Shown here one piece after another: positions 38,726-48,891 of a stretch of DNA of 64,000 nt. Source of the DNA: an uncultured Chloroflexia bacterium (lineage in GTDB: Bacteria > Chloroflexota > Limnocylindria > QHBO01); the NCBI GenBank assembly GCA_963825525.1, contig CAWGTN010000002.1:608001-672000 (forward strand). Reading direction: 5' to 3'. Below the pieces are notes generated by a model. That model did no database searches and had not been told where the DNA came from. It saw nothing but the letters and a program-made list of their open reading frames with translations. Position 1 is the stretch's first letter. Every line of letters begins with the position of its first letter. The position numbers were made by a program, and so were the translations under genes.

Positions 38726-39342
38726 CGGTCGGGGTCCGTCGCCGCGGGGATGTCGCGCCTCGGAACGTCCTCGGTCGCGCTGCGCTGCTCGACGGTGCGC
38801 GACCGGCGGCCCTGGCCCGCCTGGCGGACCTCGTCCGTGCCGATCAGCGACCCCGCGTCGAGCATGGCGCGACCCGGCTGCGTGCCGGGCAGCAGGAGCT
38901 GGGTCACATCGGCGTCGATCTCGATGCCGCCGTTGACGAGCGCAGCGGCGACCCGGTTGTGGCCGTCGACGACGTAGTAGTCCTCGCCCGCCTGGATGAG
39001 CTCGATCGGCGGCAGCACGTCGAGACGGTCGGTGGCCCTGATGATCCGCTGCCATCGGCCGCGCCAGTTCGCGCCTCGCAGCCGAGGCAGCGGGCGAAAG
39101 TCACGCGTGTTCTGCGATGGATGGCGCACCGTCCCGACGATCCGATCCAGCGGAACGATCTGGAGGCCCAGGCGCCGGCGGGGTGCGCTGCGAGCCGCCG
39201 GATGCACGTCGCCGAGCGACGGCAGAGTGCCGCTCGGCTTGGCGTCACGGCGCCGGCGGAACGAATTCCGCGCACGATCGAAGACCGCTGCCGCCACTAC
39301 GAGGACGGTCAGGCGACTGACGAGGCGACGGAACATCGGCAT
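38722..39342 (-). CDS. ParB/Srx N-terminal-like domain protein (DUF4032-type)
   Basis: GLQIVPLDRIVGTV..DFRP..RWQRI..LPPIELIQAGEDYYVVDGHNRVAAA. Confidence 0.75.
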   Translation of the reverse strand: MPMFRRLVSRLTVLVVAAAVFDRARNSFRRRRDAKPSGTLPSLGDVHPAARSAPRRRLGLQIVPLDRIVGTVRHPSQNTRDFRPLPRLRGANWRGRWQRIIRATDRLDVLPPIELIQAGEDYYVVDGHNRVAAALVNGGIEIDADVTQLLLPGTQPGRAMLDAGSLIGTDEVRQAGQGRRSRTVEQRSATEDVPRRDIPAATDPDR

Positions 39343-39467
39343 GACGTGGATTTCCAGCGGGTCCGATACGGAGCAGCGCGGGTTGCGCACCGTACTATGA
39401 TGCCTTCCCGAGCTTGGGCCATCAGGCCGCCTCTGGCCTGCCGTTGATTCAGGGAGCGTGCTATTCG

Positions 39468-40559
39468 ATGGCAACCGTCACGTTCGACCATATGTACAAG
39501 CGGTACGGCGACGACGTGATCGCCGTCAACGACTTGAACCTCGAGATCGCCGACGGCGAGTTCCTGGTCCTTGTGGGTCCGTCGGGTTGCGGGAAGACGA
39601 CCGCACTTCGCTGCGTGGCCGGCCTCGAGGACATCAGCGACGGTCGGCTCCTCATCGGCGACCGGGTGGTCAACAACGTCGCCCCCAAGGACCGCGACAT
39701 CGCCATGGTCTTCCAGAGCTACGCGCTGTATCCGCACATGACGGTGTACGACAACCTCGCCTTCGGGCTCAAGCTGCGCAAGATGTCGAAGAGCGATATC
39801 GACGCGCGAGTGAAGCAGGGTGCCGGCATCCTGGGCCTGGAGCGCTTCCTGGATCGCAAGCCGAAGGCACTCTCGGGCGGCCAGCGACAGCGCGTGGCGC
39901 TCGGTCGCGCCATCGTCCGCGAGCCGTCGGTGTTCCTCATGGACGAGCCTCTCTCGAACCTGGACGCCAAGCTCCGCGTCCAGACGCGCGCCGAGATTGC
40001 TCGACTCCATCAGAAGCTGGGCACCACCACCGTCTACGTCACGCACGACCAGGTCGAGGCCATGACCATGGGCGACCGGATCTGCGTCATGCGCGACGGC
40101 CTGCTCCAGCAGGTCGGGTCACCGCAGGATCTTTACGACAACCCGGTGAACATCTTCGTGGCCGGCTTCATCGGCTCGCCGTCCATGAACTTCGCCGCCA
40201 CCAAGGCGGAGGGCAAGGACCTCATGTTCGGCGGCGCCAAGCTGGAGCTCAGTGGAGCCCAGGCTCAGGCCGCGGAGTCCCGCCCGGCCGGCGCCGAGGT
40301 TCTCATCGGCTTCCGGCCCGAGCACGTCGAGTTGGCCAACGGCCAGGTCGGTGGCTCCGTTCGATTCCCGGCCAAGGTCGACGTGGTCGAGTACCTCGGG
40401 AATGAGGAGCTTATCCACGCCCAGGCGGAGGGCAGCGAGATCGTCGCGCTGCTCCCGTCCGACCGAAAGGTGCAGGTGGGGGACACGGTGGACCTCGCGG
40501 TTCCCATGGAAAAGCTCCACCTCTTTGATCCCGAGTCGGAGAAGACGCTGGTCGCCTAG
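39468..40559 (+). CDS. Sugar ABC transporter ATP-binding protein (MalK/UgpC/MsmK family)
   Basis: GPSGCGKT, FQSYALYPHM, LSGGQRQRVALGR, DEPLSNLDAKLR and a TOBE C-terminus. Confidence 0.95.
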   Translation: MATVTFDHMYKRYGDDVIAVNDLNLEIADGEFLVLVGPSGCGKTTALRCVAGLEDISDGRLLIGDRVVNNVAPKDRDIAMVFQSYALYPHMTVYDNLAFGLKLRKMSKSDIDARVKQGAGILGLERFLDRKPKALSGGQRQRVALGRAIVREPSVFLMDEPLSNLDAKLRVQTRAEIARLHQKLGTTTVYVTHDQVEAMTMGDRICVMRDGLLQQVGSPQDLYDNPVNIFVAGFIGSPSMNFAATKAEGKDLMFGGAKLELSGAQAQAAESRPAGAEVLIGFRPEHVELANGQVGGSVRFPAKVDVVEYLGNEELIHAQAEGSEIVALLPSDRKVQVGDTVDLAVPMEKLHLFDPESEKTLVA

Positions 40560-40722
40560 GCGTCCATGTCCCGGCTCGACTGAAACATCAACCGTACGGA
40601 GTACAGGGAGCGGAATCTCGCCCGCAGCGCAGATCGGTGCCAATAAGGCCCCGGCGCTGAGATGCAGACATCAGACCCGTGGCATCGGCCACGCAATTTG
40701 GCAGTTCACGTGGAGGAAACGG

Positions 40723-42045
40723 ATGATCAAGTTCCGAATGGCAGCCCCATTCATGGTGGCGGTGCTGGCGCTGAGCGCGTGCACCGGAGACAGCGGCAGC
40801 AGCGGCAGCAGTGGTGGCGACGGCAGCGACGCCGATGTGCCCGAGGGCAATGGCAGCATCGTCGTGACGTCGCTGTGGGGCGGCGCCGAAGAGGCGGCCT
40901 TCCAGGCCGTGCTCGACGCGTTCGAGGCCAAGACCGGCATCGTCGCGGAATACGAGGCAAACCGAACCGACTACGCGACCGTGCTCCGCACGCGCATCAC
41001 CGGTGGCGAGCCGCCGGACGTCGCGATCATCCCGGGTATCGGGACGCTGCGTAGCCTGGCACGCGACGGGTCGCTGATCTCGATCGCCGAGCTCGGCCTC
41101 GACCAGTCCTCGTTCGAAGGCAATTACGCCCCGGGCATCCTGGACGTCGGCGTCGTCGACGACGAGCTGTACGGGATCATGGTCAAGCTGAATTCCAAGG
41201 CGACCATCTGGTACAGCCCTGAGCGGTTCACCGAGATGGGCGTCGAGCCGGCCACGGACTTCGAGGGCCTGCTCCAGCTGACCGAGGACATCAAGGCAAC
41301 CGGCGCGACCCCGTGGTCACTGGGTGCCGGCGACAGCTGGACGCTGACCGACTTCTTCGAGGTTGCCTACCTCAAGATGCACGGGCCCGAGGCGTACGAC
41401 ACGCTGTTCAGCCCTGATGGCGACTGGACCGACGCGACGGTGCAGGCCACCATCGACAAGATGACCGAGCTGTACACCGACGACAACGTCGAGGGCGGCA
41501 TCGATGGTGCCATCGCCACGCTCTTCGTGGACGGCATCAGCAAGGTCTTCAGCACGAGCCCGTCGGCCGAGCTGTACTACGAGGGCGGATTCGTCGGCGG
41601 CATCGCCACCGGCGCTGACGTCAACCCCGACCTGGCGGGCCAGGAAGGCGATGCCATCAACTGGTTCGACTTCCCGACCATCGACGGCAACGGCGAAGGT
41701 CTCGTGACCTACGGCGGCGACGTCATGGCGGCCCTGGTGGCGGACACCGACGTCGCGGCGTTCATGGAGTACCTCACCACGGCTGAGGCCGGACAGGTCT
41801 GGGCCGAGGGCGGCACGATCATCTCGCCGATCGTCGACGTCGACACCAGCGTGTACCCGACCGTGCTGATCCAGGCCGAGGCCGAGCAGGTCACGTCCGC
41901 CGAGGCCGTGCGCTTCGACGGTTCCGACCTCCTTCCCGGCACCGACCTGGGAGCGGTGCTGCAGTCCGCGATCCGTGGAGACGACATGGGACCGATCCTG
42001 GAAGAGTTCCAGACCCTGACCGCCGCCGCGTGGGCAAGCGAGTAG
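40723..42045 (+). CDS. Sugar ABC substrate-binding lipoprotein (AglE-like)
   Basis: Lipobox LSAC. PPDVAIIPGIG, KATIWY, SWTLTDFFE and VRFDGSDLLP. GGAGG RBS. Confidence 0.88.
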   Translation: MIKFRMAAPFMVAVLALSACTGDSGSSGSSGGDGSDADVPEGNGSIVVTSLWGGAEEAAFQAVLDAFEAKTGIVAEYEANRTDYATVLRTRITGGEPPDVAIIPGIGTLRSLARDGSLISIAELGLDQSSFEGNYAPGILDVGVVDDELYGIMVKLNSKATIWYSPERFTEMGVEPATDFEGLLQLTEDIKATGATPWSLGAGDSWTLTDFFEVAYLKMHGPEAYDTLFSPDGDWTDATVQATIDKMTELYTDDNVEGGIDGAIATLFVDGISKVFSTSPSAELYYEGGFVGGIATGADVNPDLAGQEGDAINWFDFPTIDGNGEGLVTYGGDVMAALVADTDVAAFMEYLTTAEAGQVWAEGGTIISPIVDVDTSVYPTVLIQAEAEQVTSAEAVRFDGSDLLPGTDLGAVLQSAIRGDDMGPILEEFQTLTAAAWASE

Positions 42046-42054
42046 CGACCTGAC

Positions 42055-42086
42055 CGAAGGGGAGCGGCGCGTGCCGCTCCCCTTCG
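42055..42086 (+). terminator. Intra-operon stem-loop after the SBP gene (mRNA stabiliser or attenuator)
   Basis: cgaaggggagcggc-gcgt-gccgctccccttcg, a 14-bp perfect stem. Confidence 0.7.
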
Positions 42087-42117
42087 ACTCTCTTCCATCG
42101 GCAGCACGAAAGGAGCG

Positions 42118-43074
42118 GTGTCCATGACGGCGGCCAACCCGCCGGCGACGGGATCGGGAACCGACGACGCGAAGAGGCCCGGGGGCGGATTTCCCTGGGC
42201 AGCGTTGATCTTTCTCGGCCCTGCCGGACTGCTGCTCTTGGCGTTCCTCGCGTTCCCGACCGTCTACACGGTCTTCCTGAGCTTCAACCGCGGACGCGGT
42301 GGTGAGTTCAGCAACTGGGTCGGGTTCGACAACTGGGTGCGACTGTTCACCCAGGATCCGAACTTCCTGCGCCTCGGCTTCCCGCCGTCGGGCGCCCTCA
42401 TCAACAACGTCCTGTGGATCGTCTTCTACGTCTCGATCACGGTCCTGCTGGGCCTGATCCTGGCCGTCATGGCGACCCGCGTCCGATACGAGGCGCTGAT
42501 CAAGGGCATCGTCTTCCTCCCGCAGGCCATCGCGGCAACCTCGCTTGCCATCATCTGGCGCTTCGTCTACTCCCCCGACCCGAACACTGGCCTCATGAAC
42601 GCCATCCTCGGGATCGGCAACGTCGGGCCTGTCTCGCTTCTCGGAAACCCCGATACCGTCAACTGGGCGCTGATCGCGGTGGGCATCTGGGGATCCGTTG
42701 GTTTCGCAACCGTGATCCTGTCGGCGGCGATCAAGGGCATCTCCTCGGAGGTCCTCGAGGCGGCGCGCGTCGACGGCGCGAAGGAGACCCAGATCTTCTG
42801 GCGCATCATCGTGCCAATGGTGAGCCTCCCGATCTCGGTCGTGGCCGTGACGCTCATCGTCAACGTCATCAAGCTCTTCGACATCATCTTTGTCATGACC
42901 GCCGGTGGCCCCGGTGCGTCGAGCCGCGTGATTGCGTTCTCGATGTACCAGGAGGCCTTCCCGCAGGGCCAGTTCGGCTATGGCGCGGCCATCGCCGTCG
43001 TCATGCTCCTGCTGCTGGTGCCGGTCATGATCTTCAACATTCGGCGATTCCGAGCTGAGGCGGTGCAGTCATGA
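42118..43074 (+). CDS. Carbohydrate ABC transporter permease
   Basis: VGFDNW, EAA motif LEAARVDGA and FDIIFVMTAGGP. Confidence 0.92.
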   Translation: MSMTAANPPATGSGTDDAKRPGGGFPWAALIFLGPAGLLLLAFLAFPTVYTVFLSFNRGRGGEFSNWVGFDNWVRLFTQDPNFLRLGFPPSGALINNVLWIVFYVSITVLLGLILAVMATRVRYEALIKGIVFLPQAIAATSLAIIWRFVYSPDPNTGLMNAILGIGNVGPVSLLGNPDTVNWALIAVGIWGSVGFATVILSAAIKGISSEVLEAARVDGAKETQIFWRIIVPMVSLPISVVAVTLIVNVIKLFDIIFVMTAGGPGASSRVIAFSMYQEAFPQGQFGYGAAIAVVMLLLLVPVMIFNIRRFRAEAVQS

Positions 43075-43964
43075 CGGCGCTCGAGGACACCACGGTCCGA
43101 TCAGAGCCACGCACCATGAGCGAGCGGCTCGCTCGCCTGGCCGGCAGCAGTCCGACGCACATCATCCTGGGGATCATCGGCCTCATCTGGCTGGTGCCGA
43201 CGATCGGGATCCTCATCACCTCCTTCCGACCCGGCGCGGACATGCGAGCGACGGGCTGGTGGACCATCCTGTTCGAGCCACGCTTCACCCTTGCCAACTA
43301 CGAGCGTGTGCTGTCCGCGGAGGGCATGGGCGGCGCGTTCCTCAACAGCCTGTTCATCGTGATCCCGTCGACGATTCTGCCGCTCGTCATTGCCTCGATG
43401 GCCGCGTACGCCTTGGCGTGGGTGAAGTTCCCGTTCCGGGACACCACGTTCCTCATCATCGTGGCGATGCTCATGGTCCCGGTCCAGGTCGGGTTCATCC
43501 CGCTCGTGACCGCGTTCCGCGAGAGCGGCACCGGGCTGCTGACGAACTACGGGGCGGTCTGGCTCGCGCACACCGCGTACGCGCTGCCGTTCGGGATCTT
43601 TCTGCTGCGGAACTTCTTCATCACCCTGCCGAAGGACCTCATCGAGGCGGCCCGCATCGACGGCGCGTCGAACGTGGCCATCTTCCGGACCATCGTGGTG
43701 CCGTTGTCCGTGCCGGCCATCGCGGCCTACGGCATCTTCCAGTTCCTGTGGACATGGAACGACCTGCTGATGTCGCTGGTGTATGCCCAGCGCAATTCGA
43801 TTCAGCCGATGACCGTGAAGATCACACAGCTGCTCGGAACGTACGCAACAGACTGGAGCCTGCTGGCAGCCGCATCCTTCCTGGTGATGATCGTGCCGCT
43901 CGTCGTCTTCATCAGCCTCCAGCGGTACTTCGTGCAGGGCTTGCTGGCGGGCTCCGTCAAGTAG
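43071..43964 (+). CDS. Carbohydrate ABC transporter permease
   Basis: LPKDLIEAARIDGA, FLWTWNDLL and LQRYFVQGL. ATGA overlap. Confidence 0.93.
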   Translation: MTALEDTTVRSEPRTMSERLARLAGSSPTHIILGIIGLIWLVPTIGILITSFRPGADMRATGWWTILFEPRFTLANYERVLSAEGMGGAFLNSLFIVIPSTILPLVIASMAAYALAWVKFPFRDTTFLIIVAMLMVPVQVGFIPLVTAFRESGTGLLTNYGAVWLAHTAYALPFGIFLLRNFFITLPKDLIEAARIDGASNVAIFRTIVVPLSVPAIAAYGIFQFLWTWNDLLMSLVYAQRNSIQPMTVKITQLLGTYATDWSLLAAASFLVMIVPLVVFISLQRYFVQGLLAGSVK

Positions 43965-44782
43965 TGGAGGCGACGCTGCGCGTCGTCAGCTGGAACATTC
44001 GCGCCGCCATCGGCCCGGGACCATTCCCGGACCGGTGGTGGTCCCACATCGACGCCGATCGTCTTCGGGCAATCGGCGCGTTCATTGCCTCGCTGGACCC
44101 GGACATCGTGGCGCTCCAGGAAGTTGCGTCGTTGTCGCGTGACGGCGACCTCGTGGATCAACCGGGCGACCTGGCACGCCAGCTGGACATGGATGTCCGA
44201 TTCGGGGCGGTGCGCTCCTTCTCGGTCATCGACGCGGGCGCAACGAACGGTGCCGGCATCTTCGGCAACGCACTGCTGTCGCGCGCTCCGATCGGTCACG
44301 CGAAGGTCGTGGCCCTCCCGGCGGCCCCGACGGACGATCTCATCGAACCGATCGGCGCGGATCACGCTGCGGCCGGCGTGCGCTGGGCCGATGCGTCACC
44401 CACCATCCGCGAACCAAGGTGCATCGTCCTTGCCGATGTCGCCTGGCTGCGCGTCGGGAGCGCGCACCTCAGCCACGTCGGGTCCGGGGAACGGCGCCTC
44501 CAGGCACAGGCCATCGACGCCGCGTTCGACGGAGCAGCTCCGGCGCTGCTTCTCGCCGATCTGAACGCGCGAATCGATGCGCCGGAGCTCGCCCCGCTCG
44601 CCGGCTGGGACGACGGGTTTCCCGCCGCGGCCGGCGACCCCGCACGCGTCTCCACTGATGACGGGATGTCGATCGACCAGCTCCTGACCCGCAGTGCGTC
44701 CGTGGGCGGGTGTCGGGTCGACCGGCGATCGGGCGAGCTCAGCGACCACTACCCCATCGTCGCCGATATCACGCTCGGCTGA
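43964..44782 (+). CDS. Endonuclease/exonuclease/phosphatase (EEP) family protein
   Basis: LRVVSWNI, DIVALQEV, GNALLSR, AHLS, ADLN, IDQL and SDHYPI. Confidence 0.85.
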   Translation: MEATLRVVSWNIRAAIGPGPFPDRWWSHIDADRLRAIGAFIASLDPDIVALQEVASLSRDGDLVDQPGDLARQLDMDVRFGAVRSFSVIDAGATNGAGIFGNALLSRAPIGHAKVVALPAAPTDDLIEPIGADHAAAGVRWADASPTIREPRCIVLADVAWLRVGSAHLSHVGSGERRLQAQAIDAAFDGAAPALLLADLNARIDAPELAPLAGWDDGFPAAAGDPARVSTDDGMSIDQLLTRSASVGGCRVDRRSGELSDHYPIVADITLG

Positions 44783-44844
44783 GCATTCGCACCTACGTCA
44801 ATCGGCGTAGGCGGAGGCCGGCCCGAGCCGCTAGGCTCGGCACG

Positions 44845-47688
44845 ATGACGACCGACGCCGCGCCCCGCGGCCCCGCCACCATCCATCTCGTCCCCCACAC
44901 CCACTGGGATCGCGAGTGGTACCGCCCCTTTCAGAGCTTCCGGATGCAGCTGGTCGACATGGTCGACCGCGTGCTCGACATGCTCGAGGCGGAGCCGAAC
45001 TTCGCCTTCACCCTGGACGGCCAGCTCGCGACCGTCGACGACTACCTGGAGATCCGCCCTGAGCAGACTGAACGGCTGAAGGGACATGTTGCCAGCGGCC
45101 GGCTGGCCATCGGCCCGTGGCTGATCCTCATGGACGAGTTCCTGGTGAGCGGCGAGACGCTGGTCCGCAACCTGGAGATGGGATGGGCGCGCGCCCGAGA
45201 CTTCGGCGAGCCGATGCACGTCGGCTATCTGCCGGACATGTTCGGCCACGTGGCGCAGATGCCCCAGATCCTGCGCCGCGCCGGACTGGCCGATGCCGTG
45301 GTCTGGCGAGGCGTCCCCGCCTCGATTGACAGTCACGCGTTTCGATGGGAGAGCCCCGACGGGTCGTCGGTTCGCGCCGAGTACCTGCCGGTCGGCTACG
45401 GCAACGCGGCCGGCATGTTCGCGGTGCCCGACCGACTCGACGCCGCCGTGGAGCGCTTCATCGCCTGGGGCCGGCCATGGTTCGCCGATGACCCGATGCT
45501 GGCCATGTACGGGGCGGATCACACCGCACCGGTCCCCGAGCTCGCCGCGTTCGTCAGCCGCCTGAACGAGGTCCAGGACGCCAGCCGCATGCAGGTCTCC
45601 ACGCTCGCCGGCTACCTCGACGCTGCTCCAGCGCTATCTCCGGATGCACCGGTCTGGCGCGGCGAGATGCGCTCCGGGGCACGCGCCAACGTTCTCATGG
45701 GCGTGGCCAGCGCACGAATCGACATCAAGCAGGCGGCCGGCCGCGCCGAGACGGCGCTCGAACGGTACGCGGAGCCGATGAGCGCGCTCCACCTGTCGGC
45801 CGAAGGGTGGCCGGCGTCATTCCTGCGACTCGCCTGGCGCCGGGTGGTCGAGAACAGCGCCCACGACTCCATCTGCGGATGCAGCGTGGACCCGGTGGTG
45901 AGCCAGGTGCTCGTTCGCTTCGCCGAGGCCCACCAGGTGGCCGACAATCTCGCTCGCCGGGCAGCGGCGGCGTGCGCGGTGGCCGCCCCAGTCGGCTCCA
46001 TCGTGGCGCTCAACCCCTCACCGGCTCCCCGACGTGACCTCGTGACCGCCGAGCTGCTGGTCCCCGAGGCATGGACCGATGTCGCGCTCGAGCTGGCCGA
46101 CGGCACGCGGGTCGCCACCCAGGAGCTGGACCGCAAGGTTCCGCTGCTGTTCGACGCCGAGATTCGTGGCGACCAAGCGGACGACCTGTTCCGGCGCTTC
46201 CACGGCCGCGAAATCTTCGACCACGCCTGGAACGGGTACCGAATTGACGAGCGCACGATCACGCTCGAGGTGGACGCCGATCCCGATCCCGCGTGGCTGG
46301 ATGTCGACGAGCTGCGCGCCGAGGTCACCGCGGCGATGCGCGCCGCTCCTGACGATGCGTGGCGCGTCCGCATCGTGGCGAGCCCTCGCCGCACGCTCGC
46401 GGCTTCGGTCCCGGCACCCGCCCTCGGCTGGACGGCGGCGCGCGCGGTCCAAGGCTATGGGGACCTCGCGGATGGCGTCCGAACCACGCCGGATGAACGG
46501 ACGCTGGCCAACGGCCTGCTGGAGGTCTCGATCGCGGAAGATGGAACCGTCCGATTGACGACCGCGGACGGCGTGACCGCCGACGGGATCGGCCGCATCG
46601 TGGACGGTGGTGACTTCGGCGACTCGTACAACTACGGTCCGCCACGGGCCGACTCGCTGATCGACACGCCGACCTCCGTTGCGGTGCGGGCTGACCTGCT
46701 CGGACCGGTCCGTGGCCGTCTCGTGGTCACGCGGACCTACGGGTGGCCCTCCGGTCTCGCGCCGGATGGCGGGTCGCGCACCTCCGACAGCCACCTCACC
46801 GAGGTGGTGACCGAGGTGGAGCTGCGCGTCGGCGAGCCGTTCGTGCGCATCGGCATCCGATTCGACAACCAGTCGGACGATCATCGGGTCCGCTTCCACG
46901 TGCCACTGCCACGTTCAGCCGATACGTCCCGGGCGGAAGGCCAGTTCGCCGTCGTCGAGCGTGGAATGACCGGCGAGGGAGGCTACCGAGAGGAGCCACT
47001 GGCCACCTATCCGGCCCACGGCTGGGTCGATGCGGGCGGCATGGCGCTGCTCCTGGGGCACCTATCCGAATACGAGCTGCTCGAGAGCTCGACAGGCTCA
47101 TCGGGTCGCGAGCTGGCCGTCACCCTGCTGCGCTCGACGGGCCTGATCAGCCGCAACGACAATCCGTATCGGCAGGACCCGGCCGGGCCCGAGATGGCCA
47201 TCCCGGCCGCACAGATGCGCGGCCGATGGAGCTTCGAGCTCGCGCTCATGCCACACGGCGGCGACTGGATCGAGGGCGGCGTGGCCGCCGCGGCCGAGCG
47301 CTACCGCCATCCGTTCGTCGTCGCACCCGGGACCTCGGGAGCGGGCGCTGACTGGCCACCCTCGGCGGCCGGGGCCGATGCGCTTCTCCTGACGGGTGAC
47401 CAGGTTGTCCTCAGCTCACTGCGGCGCCGCCCCGATGGCTGGGTCGAGGCGCGGGTGGTGAACCTGGCGTCAGAGCCGCGAGACATCGAGATGGGCCCTG
47501 GTATCCGCGAGGCCCGGGAGGCCGATCTGCACGGGACCGCCGGCGCGACCATCCCGATTTCATCGGGCGCCGCGCTCCGTCTGACACTCGGCGCGGCCGA
47601 GATTCGGACGGTCCAGCTGCGCCGTACCGAGACGGCGCCCTCCAGCGCGGATCTGCTCGACGCGTCCGGACCTCGCCACAGGCCATGA
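44845..47688 (+). CDS. GH38 alpha-mannosidase / mannosylglycerate hydrolase-like
   Basis: VPHTHWDREWY, FTLDGQ, DEFLVSGE, GYLPDMFGH, AHDSICGCS, DFGDSYNY and VTLLRSTG. Confidence 0.92.
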   Translation: MTTDAAPRGPATIHLVPHTHWDREWYRPFQSFRMQLVDMVDRVLDMLEAEPNFAFTLDGQLATVDDYLEIRPEQTERLKGHVASGRLAIGPWLILMDEFLVSGETLVRNLEMGWARARDFGEPMHVGYLPDMFGHVAQMPQILRRAGLADAVVWRGVPASIDSHAFRWESPDGSSVRAEYLPVGYGNAAGMFAVPDRLDAAVERFIAWGRPWFADDPMLAMYGADHTAPVPELAAFVSRLNEVQDASRMQVSTLAGYLDAAPALSPDAPVWRGEMRSGARANVLMGVASARIDIKQAAGRAETALERYAEPMSALHLSAEGWPASFLRLAWRRVVENSAHDSICGCSVDPVVSQVLVRFAEAHQVADNLARRAAAACAVAAPVGSIVALNPSPAPRRDLVTAELLVPEAWTDVALELADGTRVATQELDRKVPLLFDAEIRGDQADDLFRRFHGREIFDHAWNGYRIDERTITLEVDADPDPAWLDVDELRAEVTAAMRAAPDDAWRVRIVASPRRTLAASVPAPALGWTAARAVQGYGDLADGVRTTPDERTLANGLLEVSIAEDGTVRLTTADGVTADGIGRIVDGGDFGDSYNYGPPRADSLIDTPTSVAVRADLLGPVRGRLVVTRTYGWPSGLAPDGGSRTSDSHLTEVVTEVELRVGEPFVRIGIRFDNQSDDHRVRFHVPLPRSADTSRAEGQFAVVERGMTGEGGYREEPLATYPAHGWVDAGGMALLLGHLSEYELLESSTGSSGRELAVTLLRSTGLISRNDNPYRQDPAGPEMAIPAAQMRGRWSFELALMPHGGDWIEGGVAAAAERYRHPFVVAPGTSGAGADWPPSAAGADALLLTGDQVVLSSLRRRPDGWVEARVVNLASEPRDIEMGPGIREAREADLHGTAGATIPISSGAALRLTLGAAEIRTVQLRRTETAPSSADLLDASGPRHRP

Positions 47689-47702
47689 TCGCGCGGTAGG
47701 AT

Positions 47703-48161
47703 GTGCCTTCTCAGGCCCAAATGAACGCAAGCGCACGGAGGATCACGTCGGTGGAGCTGGAGCAGCAGCTGGCATCCGTTCCGCTCCTGGCGGGACTCAA
47801 CAACCGCATTCGCCGTCGCCTGGCCGAGACCGGCAAGCGACGCACCTACGCCGCGGGCGACGAGATCGTTCGCGAGGGCTCGAGCGGCACGGCGCTCTAC
47901 ATCGTCCTCAGCGGTGAGGGGCGCGTCGAGCGCGGCGGCGAACGGCTCGGAAGCGTCAGGTCCGGGGACTTCTTCGGCGAGCTGGCGCTCATCGAGGAGC
48001 ATCCGCGATCCGCATCGGTGATTGCCGAGAGCGAGACCGAGTGCCTCCTCTTCCCGGCATGGGAGTTCACCGCGCTCCTCGACGAGCATCCGGAGATCGC
48101 GGTACCCATCATGCGAGCTCTCATCACACGGCTCCACAAGCGCGAGCACCACGGGGCCTGA
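47703..48161 (+). CDS. Stand-alone cyclic nucleotide-binding domain protein
   Basis: IVREG..LYIVLSG..GDFFGELALI..PRSASV. The start may be 47703 or 47721. Confidence 0.88.
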   Translation: MPSQAQMNASARRITSVELEQQLASVPLLAGLNNRIRRRLAETGKRRTYAAGDEIVREGSSGTALYIVLSGEGRVERGGERLGSVRSGDFFGELALIEEHPRSASVIAESETECLLFPAWEFTALLDEHPEIAVPIMRALITRLHKREHHGA

Positions 48162-48174
48162 TCCGGCCGGACCG

Positions 48175-48879
48175 TTGAGCGAGCGCGTCGTCGTCGAGGT
48201 CGCTGCGAAGCGATCGTTCGCCAGCGCGCTGGATTGGCCCGGCTGGGCCCGCAGCGGTGCATCCGAGGCCGCTGCCATCGAGGCGCTGCTCGGCCACGCG
48301 TCACGCTACGCGCGCGTCGTCGGCCGCACCGACCTCCCGTTCCGGTCGCCTGCCGATGCCACGGCGCTCGAGATCGTCGAGCGGGTCGATGGCGGCAGCA
48401 CCACGGAGTTCGGTGCACCCGGTGCCGTGGCGCTGGCCGACGCGGATGAGCTCAGCAGCGCGGACCTCGAGCGACTCGTCGTCCTGATCCGCGCAGCGTG
48501 GGACGCCTTCGACGCTGCGGCGCAGGCGGCGAGCGGCATCGAGCTGACCACCGGACCGCGTGGCGGGGGCCGCGAGCTCGACAAGATCCTCACGCACGTC
48601 CGCGAGGCGGAGGCCGGCTACCTGGGCATGCTCGGCTCTCGCCCACCCGCCACGAATGACGATCCATCCGAGGCCATGGCCGCAATCCGCGGCGCGTTCA
48701 TCGAGACGCTGACGGCAGTTGCCACCGGCGCCGAGATTCCCAACCCCCGGCGCACCAAGCGTCCGTGGCCCCCGCGCTATGCCGTGCGGCGCGCTGCGTG
48801 GCACGCGCTTGACCACGCCTGGGAGATCGAGGATCGGGCTGGCCTGGCTGCCGACGGCTCTGGGCCACCATCCGACTGA
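48175..48879 (+). CDS. Conserved hypothetical protein (DinB-like C-terminus)
   Basis: FASALDWPGWARSG, GPRGGGR..ILTHVREAE and RRAAWHALDHAWEIEDR. Confidence 0.75.
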   Translation: MSERVVVEVAAKRSFASALDWPGWARSGASEAAAIEALLGHASRYARVVGRTDLPFRSPADATALEIVERVDGGSTTEFGAPGAVALADADELSSADLERLVVLIRAAWDAFDAAAQAASGIELTTGPRGGGRELDKILTHVREAEAGYLGMLGSRPPATNDDPSEAMAAIRGAFIETLTAVATGAEIPNPRRTKRPWPPRYAVRRAAWHALDHAWEIEDRAGLAADGSGPPSD

Positions 48880-48891
48880 ACTATCGGATTC

